The notes under the pieces are model-generated. The model saw nothing but the letters and a program-made list of their open reading frames with translations. It was not told the origin of the DNA and made no database searches. DNA of 63,739 nucleotides, filler included. It is 12 parts of 12 records of this genome, joined end to end, with 100 filler letters (N's around TTAATTAATTAA, not from the genome) between each part and the next. Parts side by side here need not be neighbours in the genome. Positions count along the whole stretch, not along the records: positions 31,269 to 34,770 come from SRR7504441_6360; positions 34,871 to 41,197 come from SRR7504441_6361; positions 41,298 to 47,894 come from SRR7504441_6365; 9 more parts are not named here. One strand, 5' to 3'. Below, piece after piece: positions 33,839 to 46,066 of this stretch. Every line of letters begins with the position of its first letter. Position 1 is the first letter of the stretch. The position numbers and the translations under genes were made by a program.

Positions 33839-34770
33839 TTAGCTGCCCACCGACGCGCACTTTTGAGCATTGAGTTCGTAGTCGCCTTGATCGATTGTTA
33901 AGTAGGTTGCAACGATTGCGGCAGAAGCCAGCACAGTCCCAAGCACCCACGAAATGATCTGCTTGGCCAGCGGAGAATTCTTGATTGCATCACAGCTGAA
34001 CGCGTGCTGCGTCTCGGCACCATCTTTGTCACCGAGCTCCGGCAGCTCATCTTCAGCCACTTCGGGGACTTGACCGGGGATCAAGCTGTTCTTGACGGCG
34101 CGGCGCTGGAGCACGATGTAAAGTGAGAAAGGCACAATGAAATCAGTGAACGCGACGAAGAACAGAGAAGTGAAGTTGACAAACTGAGCCAAGAAGTCCG
34201 GCATGTAGGTCAACGGCAGGGCGAACACCCACGGGAAGATCACGCCCCAGAAGAAGCCGGCCCTGTTGGAGAAGCCATTCTCAACCAAGTTGTACTTGAT
34301 CACAATAGAGAAGACTGGGATCGAAGAGACAACAGCCACAATTGGGAACATGTACACTGGCCCACAGCGGCGTCACACAGGCTGGCTGTGCGCGGATAGA
34401 GACCTGAGAACTTGAGCACGAATGTGCCGAAGGCGCTCGCGTGCCACGGTACAGTGAGCTGGTGCCCGCTGTCGTCGGCAGTGAGCAACTGCATTAGGTC
34501 GTTCGGGCAGTTATATCCTGCCAGCCCCATCGGCCAGGCGGCCACAGCGCGCACCGGTCGGGTCGCCCTTGTGGGTGGTGTTGAACCCGTATTCGGCGAT
34601 GTAGCAAGTGCCGGTGACCGGGCCTTGCAGCCGATTGTTGAACACATAAGCTCCGGGCAGGCCAATCGCGAGGTAGATGAAGATGCAGGCGGTGGTGGCG
34701 GTCCAGAGAGACTTGTTGACCGACACACCCGGCCGCTTCTCGTTGATCCACGAGGGCACTGTGGTGACGA
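33839..34770 (-). CDS. Amino acid/auxin permease (AAAP)-like transporter, 5' truncated
   Basis: VTTVPSWINEKRPGVSVNKSLW...YMFPIVAVVSSIPVFSIVIKYNL...GVIFPW. Multiple TM helices and short introns. Confidence 0.75.
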
Positions 34771-34870
34771 NNNNNNNNNNNNNNNNNNNNNNNNNNNNNN
34801 NNNNNNNNNNNNNNTTAATTAATTAANNNNNNNNNNNNNNNNNNNNNNNNNNNNNNNNNNNNNNNNNNNN
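34771..34870. other. Artificial contig linker
   Basis: N44-TTAATTAATTAA-N44. Confidence 0.98.
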
Positions 34871-34883
34871 TAGTATAGTAGGT

Positions 34884-37800
34884 CTAGCACACTTCTTCCT
34901 CCATTGGAACAAAAAGCGTCACCCGACGCATGCTGGCGGCTGCCTCGGTGCCTGCATACCCTATATTCTCTAGTGGCTCCCGATGGATCTCGCTCTGCAG
35001 CGCATCCGCCGCAGTCCAACGGGCATTGGGGTCCAGTTCTAGCAGCTTGCGAATCACAGAGCGGGTTTCCGGATCTTGATCACGAAAGCCGATCTTCTTT
35101 TCTACAAATGCCTGGACCAAATCGGTTCAGCATCGGCGCATGGAGGGCATGCCTCAAAGTCGTTCCATGTGTTGTTGATGAGCAAGAAAGGGTGCGTGTT
35201 GCATAGAAGTCGATAGTATATCACCTGTTAGGCTCAATTAGCTGCAGCCAAATGTCTTGGTTCACCCCCATAGCGAAGCAATCAGCCGGCGGCCCAAACC
35301 CAGAATTGACAACCTGCCCCAGCCAGCTCAGACGGGCTCAGATGAGGCAGCGAGTACCCGTTCAGGCGAAAAATACATAGGAGTGCCCAACTTGCTATCC
35401 AAGAGCTGACCTGCGGGGCAGTTGTCATAAGCTGTTTGGCCTGGTTTCGCCTGGGAGCATTCGTCTGGCAGTGCCAAAGTCTCCAATCTTAACATCCCCG
35501 TTGGGTGCTACCATCAGATTGTCTTCTTTCAAGTCCGCATGCACGATGTCAAGCGAATGCATGTGCGCCAGCCCGCATAGTACCTGTCAGCCAGGCTGTG
35601 AGGCGTCGAGGCTGTGGCTGACTGGACCATGGCCATCTGAGCCTGGATCTCAGGCGCAGTGAGTTGCTTCTGAATGTCAGATGACAGATCTCTCTCCATC
35701 AGCTCGATGCATTGAGTCACCTGCCCCATGCGTTAGCATCAGGGTTAGGGCAGGGCTCAAAGCCCTAAATCTAAACGCAACGCTAACACCTAACTACGCC
35801 AGGCTACCAGGTTCTGAAAGAAGTAAAAGTCCACAATTCGCAGCACGAACCGGTGGGCTGCTTCCTGTTGCAGCTCGATCTCCTCACGGATGCATTTCTT
35901 GCCTGGCAACCCACAGCTCACAGGCTGTTGCGCAGTCAGAGGTGACCGTCTTCCAGCTTGAGCAGTCGAGGAGGGTACGATACGATCTGATTGGCACACT
36001 GAAACTTGATAGCCACCGCTTGACCTGTCATCAAAAATAATCAAACCAGGTTCTGGGTAGCAATCGCCTGTCTTTTTGTTCTGTCCAAGCAGCACAGCAC
36101 CAAATGCTCCAGCCCCGAGGACAGTGCCAAACGTGTATGCCTGCAGCGTGGGCGAGACGCTCTCTAGCTGGGCCTGAGCGCGCATAAACCCTAGCCTAGC
36201 AGCAGGCTGCTGCCTGCAGGTCGACTCCACGAGACGCATCCTCCAGGTCGTCGCGAGCAAGCAACGTCGGGTGCAGAAGCCCTGGTCACAGATGGTTACA
36301 GGTTGACATACAGTCAATCCCACCTTGCCAGAAGGCCCAGTAAAACGGGGTTCGGTCTAGATTGTCCTCAGGCGACATGTTCTCAGGCTTGCCTTTGTAG
36401 TGCTCCTGCTGCAGTAGCCAGTAGAGCGCTGATTCGTTGTTGTGCTTAGCTGCCTCGTGCAACGGCGTCACCTGCCACCAATCGTCACGCAACATGCACT
36501 AGCAGCCCCCCTAGCTCTGCTAGGTACCCCGCGGTAGTCTGGCAACGCGTAGTCGAGGTTAGCTACTGCCACCAGCGCATCCAAGATTGCCTCCACGTTC
36601 TGTGCCCGGTTGCGCCGAACCTGGCCAACCTCGTGTTATCTTTACAATAATCAAGCCACACCGTCTCGCTCATCTGCTTGCCTTGCAAGATCACGCCGCG
36701 ACACACAGCATGCACCAAGTTCTGTCCAAACAAACATCAAGCTGTTGAGCGCACAGCAGGGCTGCCTGGCCCTTATGGTCTAACTCAGTGCAGTCAAGTC
36801 CCGCAGAGAGCATTGTGTAAAAGGTTTCCTCTTCGTGTGACTGGGCCGCATACACCAGCGCGTTCCTGCACCCTCTGTAGGCAAAGAAACAGACGGCAAG
36901 TTACCTGTCGAGGAAGTCCTTCGCCTGGGCATCAGCCTTGTACTCCAGCAGTAAGCTGCAGCATGCCGCGCTGCCCCCTACTGCTGCATAGTGTAGCGGG
37001 CCCACCCGACGCCGGAGTGTGTGTTGTGACAGCTGACTGGTGCCCCCATTTTCCAGAAGCAGCTCAAGCAGCGCCTGCTCCCCAAGCAGCGCCGCTCTGT
37101 GCACAGTTGTGACTCCTTCAGAATCCACAGCAGCCACGTTTGCCTTGGCGTCCAGAAGCATGCCGAGGATGGCTTTCCTATCACCTCGGCGTTTCTGGTG
37201 ATAGTAATTCAGCCCAAAGACACAATGAAGCGGTGTGATCCCCTGCCAGCCGCTAAACTCGAATACAGCTTCGATGTCCGCCTTGTATTTCAGCAGCAGC
37301 TCCACCGCCTCCAGATCCACAGAGAGGCATGCGTGGTGTAATGAGGCTATCCCCGTACTGCGGGCGGTCTGATTGGGGTTGGAGCCTGACTCAAGAAGGA
37401 AGCCCAGCGCAGTCATGTTCTGCAAGCTAGTTGCTTCGACAAGTGGTGGCTCATCTCGCGTATGTCCAAAAGAGTCAACATCGGCTCGATGCTTGATGGC
37501 CAGCTGGAGCATCTCAGTTTTCTCTGGGCAATTCTTGATTGCAGCCTCGAGCGCGCCTCCTGGCGAGGCATATCCACAAGAGATCATGGTGCTGACCACT
37601 TTGCTATGGAAGCTCATCACAGCCAGCTCAAGCGCGTTCTTGTTCTGCCCATTCCGAAGTCCGTAGATCTCAGGGCTTTGAGTAAGCGCTAGGTTGACAA
37701 CCTCGTGATTTCCTACTAGACTCGCTATATGCAACGGTGTGTTCCCATCCTGGTCAAAGCATGTGACATCAGCCTTGGCTTGCACCAGTACACGAGCCAT

Positions 37801-40729
37801 TTCGATCCCAGTGCTCAGATTTCCCAGCCCAGCTGCCACTAGCAGAGGCGTGCACTTGCTGCTCACATCATACGAGTTCACGTCTGCCTTGGCCTCAACC
37901 ACCATCTCAAGGATGTCGGTGCTGCCACTTGCAATGGCATGATGGCACAACTCAAGGTGCAAATTCAAGTACACATCTGCCATCGAATCCTTGATACGGG
38001 CATCGCGCTCACTCAGACGGCAGCAGTCTCGACTCTCATACTCGTCATGCACTGCAGCTGCCTCCTGCAGCAGCCTGGCCACTTCGTCTTGGTCTGCCTC
38101 GGCTAGGGCCTGCTTGAGGAATCTAAATATGCTAAGCAGGTTCTCCTCGCAGCAGTTGTGCTGCTTGTCTTCCTTCTTCTCGCCCCCGAGCCGCTCGATT
38201 GCCATGTCGATGTGGTACACAAACTCCTCTCGCTGCTGCAGCTCGCCCAACTGACGCAAGCTCTCCAGCACCTGCAGCTGATGCGTCACAGCGCTGCATT
38301 ACATTCCAGGCTAACAAACCTGGATGGAGCCAAGCTCGTCAATCTGCTCCGCGCCTCTGAACATGCTCTCAAAAGGCCGAAGCTTGACTTGGTCCGAGCA
38401 GCAAGAGCTCCCATCTGCATCAACAGTCTCAGCTTGAGCACAACACACAGTCACCAGGGACCATCTCATGAAGCGACTCCCTGTCCGCTTGTCGTACCTG
38501 CAGGTGGCTTTGGCAGGTGGGCGACAAACTATAGCTTGCCTGGTGGCCACGATAACTCGACTGGATGGTGAGCACAGCAAGCTGCTCTTCGAGCACTTGG
38601 AACCAATTCTCAAAAACCTCAAAGCTCACCTCCTCAGTCAAGTACTGCTCCATCGACACCAGGTGGATCGACCTGGACCCGTCTCACCACCGGCTGCACC
38701 AGTAGGCACCCGATCTCGTGGTGCAGGAACTTGAAGTTCTGGAACCCACGCGTCCCAGGCAGCACGCTGTGCGGCGTCGGGATCCCCAACACCTCACACA
38801 CTCCCCTGTTCCCGGCTATCGACGCTTTGATCATCTGTCGAGTCAGCCTATGTGGGGCCACCTCCTGGCGCAATTGCTCAAGTCAAGGCTGCAGGCGGGC
38901 ACCTCGGTCATCATGTCGTAAGCCTCGCGCAGCTGGCTGCTGGTGAAGCACCAAGTCTTGCGCGTGGTCACTTGATTCTTGAGCGGACCAGCCACAGTCG
39001 CCTGAGCTAGCTCGGTGAGCAGCTGCACAGCCTGGCTGCAGCTGGTCCCCTCGGCCGCCGACGTATCCAGCCAAGCTCTGGCTCCGAGCACATCGGCAAG
39101 CACTTCGCTGGTCTGAACAGGCCAGTGTGTTTCAAGCCTCTGGTCGGCCTTGCACCCGATCAGCATCAGAGATGGGAGTTGCTTCTCTTTCGGCCAGTTC
39201 CGCACAAGCTCTGGCACTGTCCGGTTGAGCAAGTGGGTTCGGCCTTGTTCTGTAGAGAGATCGTAGCACAGCACCAGAACGTTGGACCCCTTGAGCTGGC
39301 GCGCTCTCCCATACTCGAGGTATGAAGCGCCGGGCATATCCACTACTTCAGTCTCAAACTCGGGCGCACTCGAGTCCACTATCATTTGGCTGCTGCAGCT
39401 CCACTTCACATGCGGTCCAGACGCAGGCCCTTCTCCTTCGCTAAGCCTGAATCTCTCAGGAAACAGCCAGCGGTGCAACAGACATGTCTTGCCCGCGTTC
39501 GGCTCGCCCAGTAGCACCACCCTACCTGCGCCCGCTCCAAACTTCCTCGCCCTGCCCAGGCTCAGTCGCCCGGGACTCGCCCAGGTCCCACCTGTGCAGT
39601 TTGCTCCAGCCCCGTGCCGAGGAGAGTGTGGTTGCGCCAGCCAGTCCGACGGTGCACTGTGTCATGTGCCGCTGGATTGCCGCAATCTGAGAGCTCTGCT
39701 GCCGGCTGGCTTTGTCCATCGTGGATCCGGTCCGACGGTCTGACACCACATCCGGCGACTCGGCCGCACGCCCGAACAGTCTGCGACTCACTGAACGTTC
39801 CAGACCAGCCACCTGCCAGCAGCCTCAGGCCAGCTGAGCCGTCACACACATTCGCTGGAGCTGAACTCGAGCAATCGAGCGCCTCCAGGGTGCCGTGCCG
39901 GTCCAGCTTGCCCCCCTGTCAGCTTGGTCAGCCCCTCTTCAGACCCAAAGTGAGCGAGTATCTAGGGTAGGTAACCGTACGGCGGGCCGGCCTCGCCTCG
40001 AGCATTCTTGCAAGCAGCTCGGACCGAGTGGAGCCCCGCAGCTCGAACTGGCACCGCTCAATCAGCCGGAGCTTATGCCAGTGTGTGCTGTGGGGCTTCA
40101 CCGGCGCGTGAGCGTCCTGCTCTTCCTCTTCTTTGACCGCCGGCAGGTCTTCCTGCAATCGCAACTGGATCTCTCGCACATCTTGTTCCAGCCGTAGCTT
40201 GCCCCCGCCACTCACACCCACCGGCGGCCGGCCTGCCACCTCCAAAACCTCCCTGTCGTCCTCGCCCACGTCATCGTCGGAGCTCCATTGCCAGTGCGCG
40301 TCGTCGTTGTTGATGTGCTCGCCTTCGATCCGAAGGATTTTGGCCGAGCTGCTGCTGTGCCGCGCGAGCTCCCTTGGCTCCTCCTCCTCCGGCGGTGTGT
40401 GCGCACCCTCCTGCTGCATCACGTGCGGGGCGTTCCGCACCGCGTTGAACTCGAGCTCTCCCTGGGCCTCGGGCCTCGGCTCGGCCGGCTCGGGCTCGGC
40501 GTCCTGCCGGGCTACTCAGGGCCAGCCAGCGGGGTGGCGGCACCTGGGCTTCCTCGTCCGCCTCGGTCAGCTTGCCCTCGCGGATTCCGAGGATCCGGAG
40601 GTGCTGCAGTGACGGGCAAACGTCGAGCTGGTCGCGAGGGAGCCCGCGGGAGGCGAGCAGCTTCTTGAGCTGCATGTACTTGATCCCGGAGATGTCCTCG
40701 CCCGACTCCGAGTCCCGCAGAGACGGCAT
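34884..40729 (-). CDS. Multidomain small GTPase - IQ - ankyrin repeat - Ser/Thr kinase protein, multi-exon (5' extent uncertain)
   Basis: GEPNAGKT/DMPG/CKAD/TSA G motifs (about 39000-39520). IQSSYRGHQVR. About 10 ankyrin repeats (36330-37950). Kinase LGAGAFG, VAIK, HADLKEDN, GDFG, GTPMYFSPE. Frame continuity traced by hand from about 39810 through the kinase activation loop; joining to 39928-40729 is less certain. Confidence 0.75.
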
Positions 40730-41197
40730 CGTCGGGCTCAGGTTCAGTTGGACTTTGGCTCAGGTCAGGGCATGCTGACCTCCCTCGGGGCAGGCCGCCA
40801 GTGATGAGCTGTCAGTTGGACAAATTAACGGACATCGTTCCGAACCCGCGGCGTGCTGTCTGTCCTCAACTGTGCACACATTTACAAACCGACCGGTTCA
40901 TCTGACTAAGCTTACATGTACAAAGTTCTACCTGACATTATTAAATGATGCTAGCTACGATCCAGAATTCTTCCGTCGGCCATGGCAGAGCGCTCGAGTT
41001 TCGTGGGCTACTCGGTGCCATGCAACGAGGTGCGCCGTACGGCGCGGTCGCGTGGCATCCTACAATCACTCATGTAATAAATACTAACGTGGACGTGATA
41101 TTTTGGGCAAGAAGCCAAGCTTAGAGCTGTTCGTAGGATTCCGTGGAGCTTTCATAGATGTTCGCTTGTGCCGGCGATTTCGACTTTGAAATTGATG

Positions 41198-41297
41198 NNN
41201 NNNNNNNNNNNNNNNNNNNNNNNNNNNNNNNNNNNNNNNNNTTAATTAATTAANNNNNNNNNNNNNNNNNNNNNNNNNNNNNNNNNNNNNNNNNNNN
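41198..41297. other. Artificial contig linker
   Basis: N44-TTAATTAATTAA-N44. Confidence 0.98.
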
Positions 41298-41658
41298 TAG
41301 GCCCGATTCGTACATCTCCCGCGAGCAGCAGGACAGCCCCAAGCGCCAGCCCGTGCCCATTCGCCGCCATCACCAGCGGTTTAGGGAACAGGTAGAGCTG
41401 TAGCGCCATCCGACCGCCGGCCAGCACCAGCCGCTCCCGCTCCGGCTTGCTGCCGGCCTGCATCACGCCCAGGTCGAAGCCGGCCGAGAACGCGCGCCCA
41501 TTGCCCGCCAACACGGCCGCCGCGCAGCTGCTGTCCACGGCGGCGCGGTCGAGCGCGGCTGTCACTGCCTGGATGGCCGCTAGGTTGAAGCTGTTCATCT
41601 TGCGGTCGTCCATCTCGATCACCGCGACCGCGCCCTCGAGTCGGTAGCTCACCTGCAT
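41298..41658 (-). CDS. Enoyl-CoA hydratase/isomerase (crotonase) family, 3' truncated
   Basis: VAVIEMDDRKMNSF, AFSAGFDL, FPKPLVMAANGHGLALGAVLLLAGDVRIG. Confidence 0.88.
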
Positions 41659-41704
41659 GGCCCGAGGGCGTCCGTCCGCGCGATTCTCGAGAGCGAGTCA
41701 GGGC

Positions 41705-43579
41705 ATGGCCTCCTCATCAGCTGCAGATGGTGCCCTGCTGGCCCGGGCGGACGCTGGGGTGGTCGGCGGCATAGTCCGCTGGCTGCCCCCGCGGAGCCTC
41801 GCCCGCGCCTGGTTGGTCTCTCGTCAGCTGGCCGCGGCGGCGGGGTCTGAGGCCCGGGCGCGCGGGGGCTCCCTCCTGCGGCTGCACCTGCGCCAGTGCG
41901 CCAGCCGGCTGCTGCTGGCGGCCGGGGGCACGCACGCGCTGGCGCTGACGCCGTCTGGGCAGCTGTTGAGCTGGGGGCTCGGGCTGAACGGACAGCTCGG
42001 CTTAGGCCAACGGTTGGCGACGGTCGCGCCCCAGCCGGTCCAGCGGCTGGACGGCGTCCGGCTGGTCGGGCTGGCGGCCGGAGCGCACCACTCGGTGGTG
42101 CTGGCGGCGGACGGGGTGGTGTGGAGTTGGGGCCTCAACGGGCAAGGCCAGCTGGGGCTGGAGCAGCCGGACGATTGCCTATGGCCCACCGCGGTGCCAC
42201 TGACCGAGCGCGTGGTCGCGCTGTCGGCCGCTGGATACGAGACAACAGTGCTAACAGCAGGTCGGCAGCTGCTGTGCTGGGGGGGCAAGCCGGCGGGCGA
42301 GCGGCCGCAGCGGGTGGGGGAGGGCGGCTCGGAGCTGTTGGAGCTGGCAGCGGGCGCGCACCATAGTGTTGGGCTGATGCGAGGAGGGACAGTGGCCAGC
42401 TGGGGACAAGGCGCGGCTGGGCAGCTGGGGCACGGCGATGCAAACGATCGGACCAGCAGCCAGCCGATACAGGCGCTGGAGGGGCGGGGAGTCGTGGCGG
42501 TGGCAGCTGGAGAGTGGCACTCGGCTGCGCTGACCGGATCTGGCCGGGTGTTTTGTTGGGGTGACGGCAAGCAAGGCCAGCTCGGGCTGGATGAGAGCGA
42601 GGGCGAGCTGGCACCGAGGGCGATCGATGGGCTCGAGCGGGTGGCGGCCGTGTCGGCCGGTGGGCTGCAGACGCTCGCGGTGACGGATGGTGGCCAAATC
42701 TATTGTTGGGGCAGGCAGCTTGCCCAGGCTGATCCTGCCATGTTTACCAGTGTGCGGCAACCTCGCGTGGTTTATACACCGGGGGGGCAGACGCTGCACT
42801 GCAGCAGGCCGGTGGACATCGCTGCTCGGCTTGATACCGGTCTCCACACTCGCCTGGTGATGACCCGCCGCTGCACATCGCACCTCAGCGACCAAGTGTC
42901 CCCCCCGGAAGGGTACACACTCCGGAGCTGGGCGACGGGGGACGAACAACGCTGGGCCGAGCTGATGCTGGCAGCCGGTGAATTTGAATTCATTGAACAT
43001 GCCGAAGCGAGGTTCATTTGTGAGTTTCGGGATCATAAAGCTTTGTTGCTGGAGCGATGCTTTGTGCTGGAGGACGGCGCTGCAAACGTGGCCGGATTTG
43101 CAATGGGGTGGGTGGTGTCGGCAGAGCACGTAAATGTACCGCCGCTGCGCGATGCCGCCGGCTTGCTGGGGGGTGAGGCATGCGGCAGGCTGCACTGGGT
43201 GGCAGTGCACCCTGCACATCAAGGGAAGGGTCTGGCAAAGGTGCTGGTGGCGCAAGCTCTGCGCCATCTCGAGCAAAGCAATCTAGCCTCGTGTCGAGCT
43301 GTCAGTACCTGCCCGCCTTGTGGGGCCTCAAACGACTTTTTGGAACCTACAGCCGAGCCCGAGAGCAACTTTGTATATCTGACCACTCAAGCTGATAGTG
43401 CACGAGCGATTGGGATGTATTTCAAGCACTTTGATTTCAAGCCCGCACAGCGGGATATGTATGGGGCTGACAGTTCGGACAGCTGGCAGGAGATCTCTCG
43501 GATTTTGGACTGCCCTGAAATCTTGGATGGGTTGACCCTTCAGCTCGCTCACGGCGAGTTAGATTTGTCGGAGATATAA
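41705..43579 (+). CDS. F-box-like + RCC1 repeats + GNAT acetyltransferase fusion
   Basis: Intronless. About 5-6 RCC1 repeats (AAGAHHS...WSWGLNGQGQLG). C-terminal GRLHWVAVHPAHQGKGLAKVLV...VYLTTQ...AIGMY (GNAT motifs A/B). The ORF track starts at 41657, overlapping the divergent ATG. Confidence 0.85.
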   Translation: MASSSAADGALLARADAGVVGGIVRWLPPRSLARAWLVSRQLAAAAGSEARARGGSLLRLHLRQCASRLLLAAGGTHALALTPSGQLLSWGLGLNGQLGLGQRLATVAPQPVQRLDGVRLVGLAAGAHHSVVLAADGVVWSWGLNGQGQLGLEQPDDCLWPTAVPLTERVVALSAAGYETTVLTAGRQLLCWGGKPAGERPQRVGEGGSELLELAAGAHHSVGLMRGGTVASWGQGAAGQLGHGDANDRTSSQPIQALEGRGVVAVAAGEWHSAALTGSGRVFCWGDGKQGQLGLDESEGELAPRAIDGLERVAAVSAGGLQTLAVTDGGQIYCWGRQLAQADPAMFTSVRQPRVVYTPGGQTLHCSRPVDIAARLDTGLHTRLVMTRRCTSHLSDQVSPPEGYTLRSWATGDEQRWAELMLAAGEFEFIEHAEARFICEFRDHKALLLERCFVLEDGAANVAGFAMGWVVSAEHVNVPPLRDAAGLLGGEACGRLHWVAVHPAHQGKGLAKVLVAQALRHLEQSNLASCRAVSTCPPCGASNDFLEPTAEPESNFVYLTTQADSARAIGMYFKHFDFKPAQRDMYGADSSDSWQEISRILDCPEILDGLTLQLAHGELDLSEI

Positions 43580-43821
43580 CAGTGGAGCTGCTGTCAAGTA
43601 GCTGTCAAGGTTACCGAAAATCAATTTCTTCACTGCCACAAGCAATACGCTTTTCTTACGCTCTCAGAGTTTAGCTAGATATTACGCCTGATAAGTTACG
43701 CATAAAGTTCTGTTGCACCATTACAGCTGTACTGCACATGATTGTAGTCTACAGCTGTATTCTGCACGATTAATATTGTGCAGTTGGCGCTGATACCAGC
43801 CGTACCGCACTGTCAGTCCAC

Positions 43822-45235
43822 ATGTCCTGGCGCGGGCGCTCTCCGCTCGTCACAGCCTCGCCGCGGGTTGCGCAGCGGCTGCGGCTGGACAGCGCTGGCC
43901 CGGAGCCGCCGCCCACGCCGCCGGAGCTGAGCCAGATGGCTGCCTGTCTGGCCGCGGCTGAGCGGCGGGCCGAAGCCTCTGAGCGCCAGCTGTGCGCCCC
44001 CACGGCCGCCCGCCGGCCAGCCCGGTGCCAGGGCCGAGCTGCGAGCGGCTGCGGGGCGGACCGAGCACTTGGAGGCCCGCTGCCGCCGGCTGGAGGTGCT
44101 GTCCCCCCGCGGGCGGCTGCGGTGAGGGTGCGGGCAGGCGAGGCTGGCGCATCAGGCGGCCGCGGCAGAGGCCGAGGCCGGAGCGATCTCGGCCGCCGCG
44201 GAGCGCAAGTTGGCTGAGGTGGGTGGACTGGCCGGCTGCTGGCGGTCAGGAGGCGAGAGGGCAGGCCCGGCAGCGCTCGGAAGGGGCGGCGGCGGCGGTC
44301 ATGGACCAGGTGGCGGGGGTAGGGGCGGCGGGCGGAGCTGCCGGCGCAGGCTGAGGCGCTGCACGCGGAGGAGCGCTCGCAGCTACGGCAAGAGCTGCAG
44401 GTGGCCGGTGGCGGGGGCAGGTGAGAACTGGGGGCAGTTTGAAATGGGCAGCCGAGCCAAGGCCGAGGAGGCTTTGTGCGAAGCAGAGAGGCAGGCCAAG
44501 CAGCGGGGATGGGAGGCCGATCTGCGATACGCCGAGGCGAGGGCGGACGCAGAGGAATGGAAAGCCAAGGCGGCGCAGCGCTTTGAGGAGTATTCGGAGA
44601 TCAAGGTGAGGCAGGTGAGGCAGTATCGGGCAAGCGGGCCGCAGGACAGAGCAGAGCTTGAGATGAACAGGAGCCGGGAACGGGTTGTGCGGGCCGAGGA
44701 GCAGGTCAGGCGGGCGGAGGCCGTTGGGGACCAGATAAGTGAGTCTGTCCGGGCTGGCTGGGCGACTGATTCTATATTTAGCCGAGCGGTTGAAGGACGA
44801 GCACCGGATGGAGCTGCAGATGCTGGCAGCTGATCTGGCCGAAGCCCGGAGGCTGGCCAATGAGGTAGCGGGGTCGGCGCCAGCTGGTGAGTGGGGAGCA
44901 GAGGGCAGTGCAAGCCGCCGCTCTGAGCGCACAGGTGGATCGATTGGATTCAGAAGTGGCAAGGCAGCGGCAGTCAGTGGCCGAAGCAGGGAGGGCGCAT
45001 CACCAGGCGGCTAGCACGTGGGCTGCGGAGAGGGGTGCCCGGCAGGGTAGGCTGGCTGATCGTTTGGTAGATGAGAGCCAGCGAGAGCTGAGCAAGCTGC
45101 GAGCAAAGCTGGACAGCGCGGAGGCCCAGGTGGCAGGCTGTACGGGTGGAGGGTCAGTGTGTGGCGCAGATGGCTCAAATGAGTGCCGAACTAGCCCAGC
45201 TGCGGTGGAGCAGGGACAGAAATCCGAGTTGGTGA
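43822..45235 (+). CDS. Coiled-coil hypothetical protein, multi-exon
   Basis: A/E/R/Q-rich heptad segments interrupted by GT-AG introns. The last exon reads MAQMSAELAQLRWSRDRNPSW*. Confidence 0.5.
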
Positions 45236-45484
45236 TTGCCTGGGGCCCGAATCTTCTGTTGTACATAGGCTTGACCCGAACAGCCCGAGAAATCGAGACA
45301 CGCTACGTACGTACTTCGAGTACTGGAGTGAGGCTCTAGCCGAGGTCGACTGGCCTTTCTGAATAGCGGCGTCGTGCAGTTCGATCCTTCGCGGGGGCGC
45401 GAATTTGTGTGTCTAGCATTGGATTCGTGCTACGTAACTATTTATTAATTTCGATTGCTTCTGCTGAGTGGCACGAGGTTGCAT

Positions 45485-45922
45485 TTATTCTATCAAGTCT
45501 CGATCTAGAAGCTCCCGACCGGTCTCCCGCTCCTCTAACGCCGGAGTCGAGAGCTCAGCCGGCAGTCGGCGCGGCAGGCGCTCGTCCCGGGCCTTTTCGA
45601 GCTCCTCGCCGGCTGCGAGCACCTTGAGCTTGGCTTGGGAGACCATCACGTTGGTGCGGAGCAGCGCGTCCCGCATCCTGCGCAAGGTCTCGTTCTTGGC
45701 CATCGCCATCAGTTCTTCTCCCTGCTGCACCGCGGCAGCCATCTCGTCCTTGGGCGAGGGCGCGGTTTGGGCCAGATCAGACCCCCCGAGATCGGCCGCT
45801 AGTTGGCCCTGGTCGGGACGGGGCGCGTCCGGGAAATCTCGACGGAGCCGGTCAAGCAGCGCCGGTGGCGTCGTCCCCAGCGCGCTGGCTGTCAGCAACA
45901 GGGCAAGCCCGGCGAGGCGCAT
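45485..45922 (-). CDS. Small secreted hypothetical protein
   Basis: 145 aa ORF with signal peptide MRLAGLALLLTASALG and a helical C-terminus. Confidence 0.55.
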   Translation of the reverse strand: MRLAGLALLLTASALGTTPPALLDRLRRDFPDAPRPDQGQLAADLGGSDLAQTAPSPKDEMAAAVQQGEELMAMAKNETLRRMRDALLRTNVMVSQAKLKVLAAGEELEKARDERLPRRLPAELSTPALEERETGRELLDRDLIE

Positions 45923-46066
45923 GGTCCAGCGCCCAGCTGAGAGCTCACCAGGCTCCAGATTGTAAGCGATAAGAGCTCATAAATTAATAAAATAACGGAC
46001 TGTGCTGACAGATTGGTGTGGCAAGTGGTGGCAGCTGTGTGGGCGGGGAGGGGGTAGCCCGAGAGC

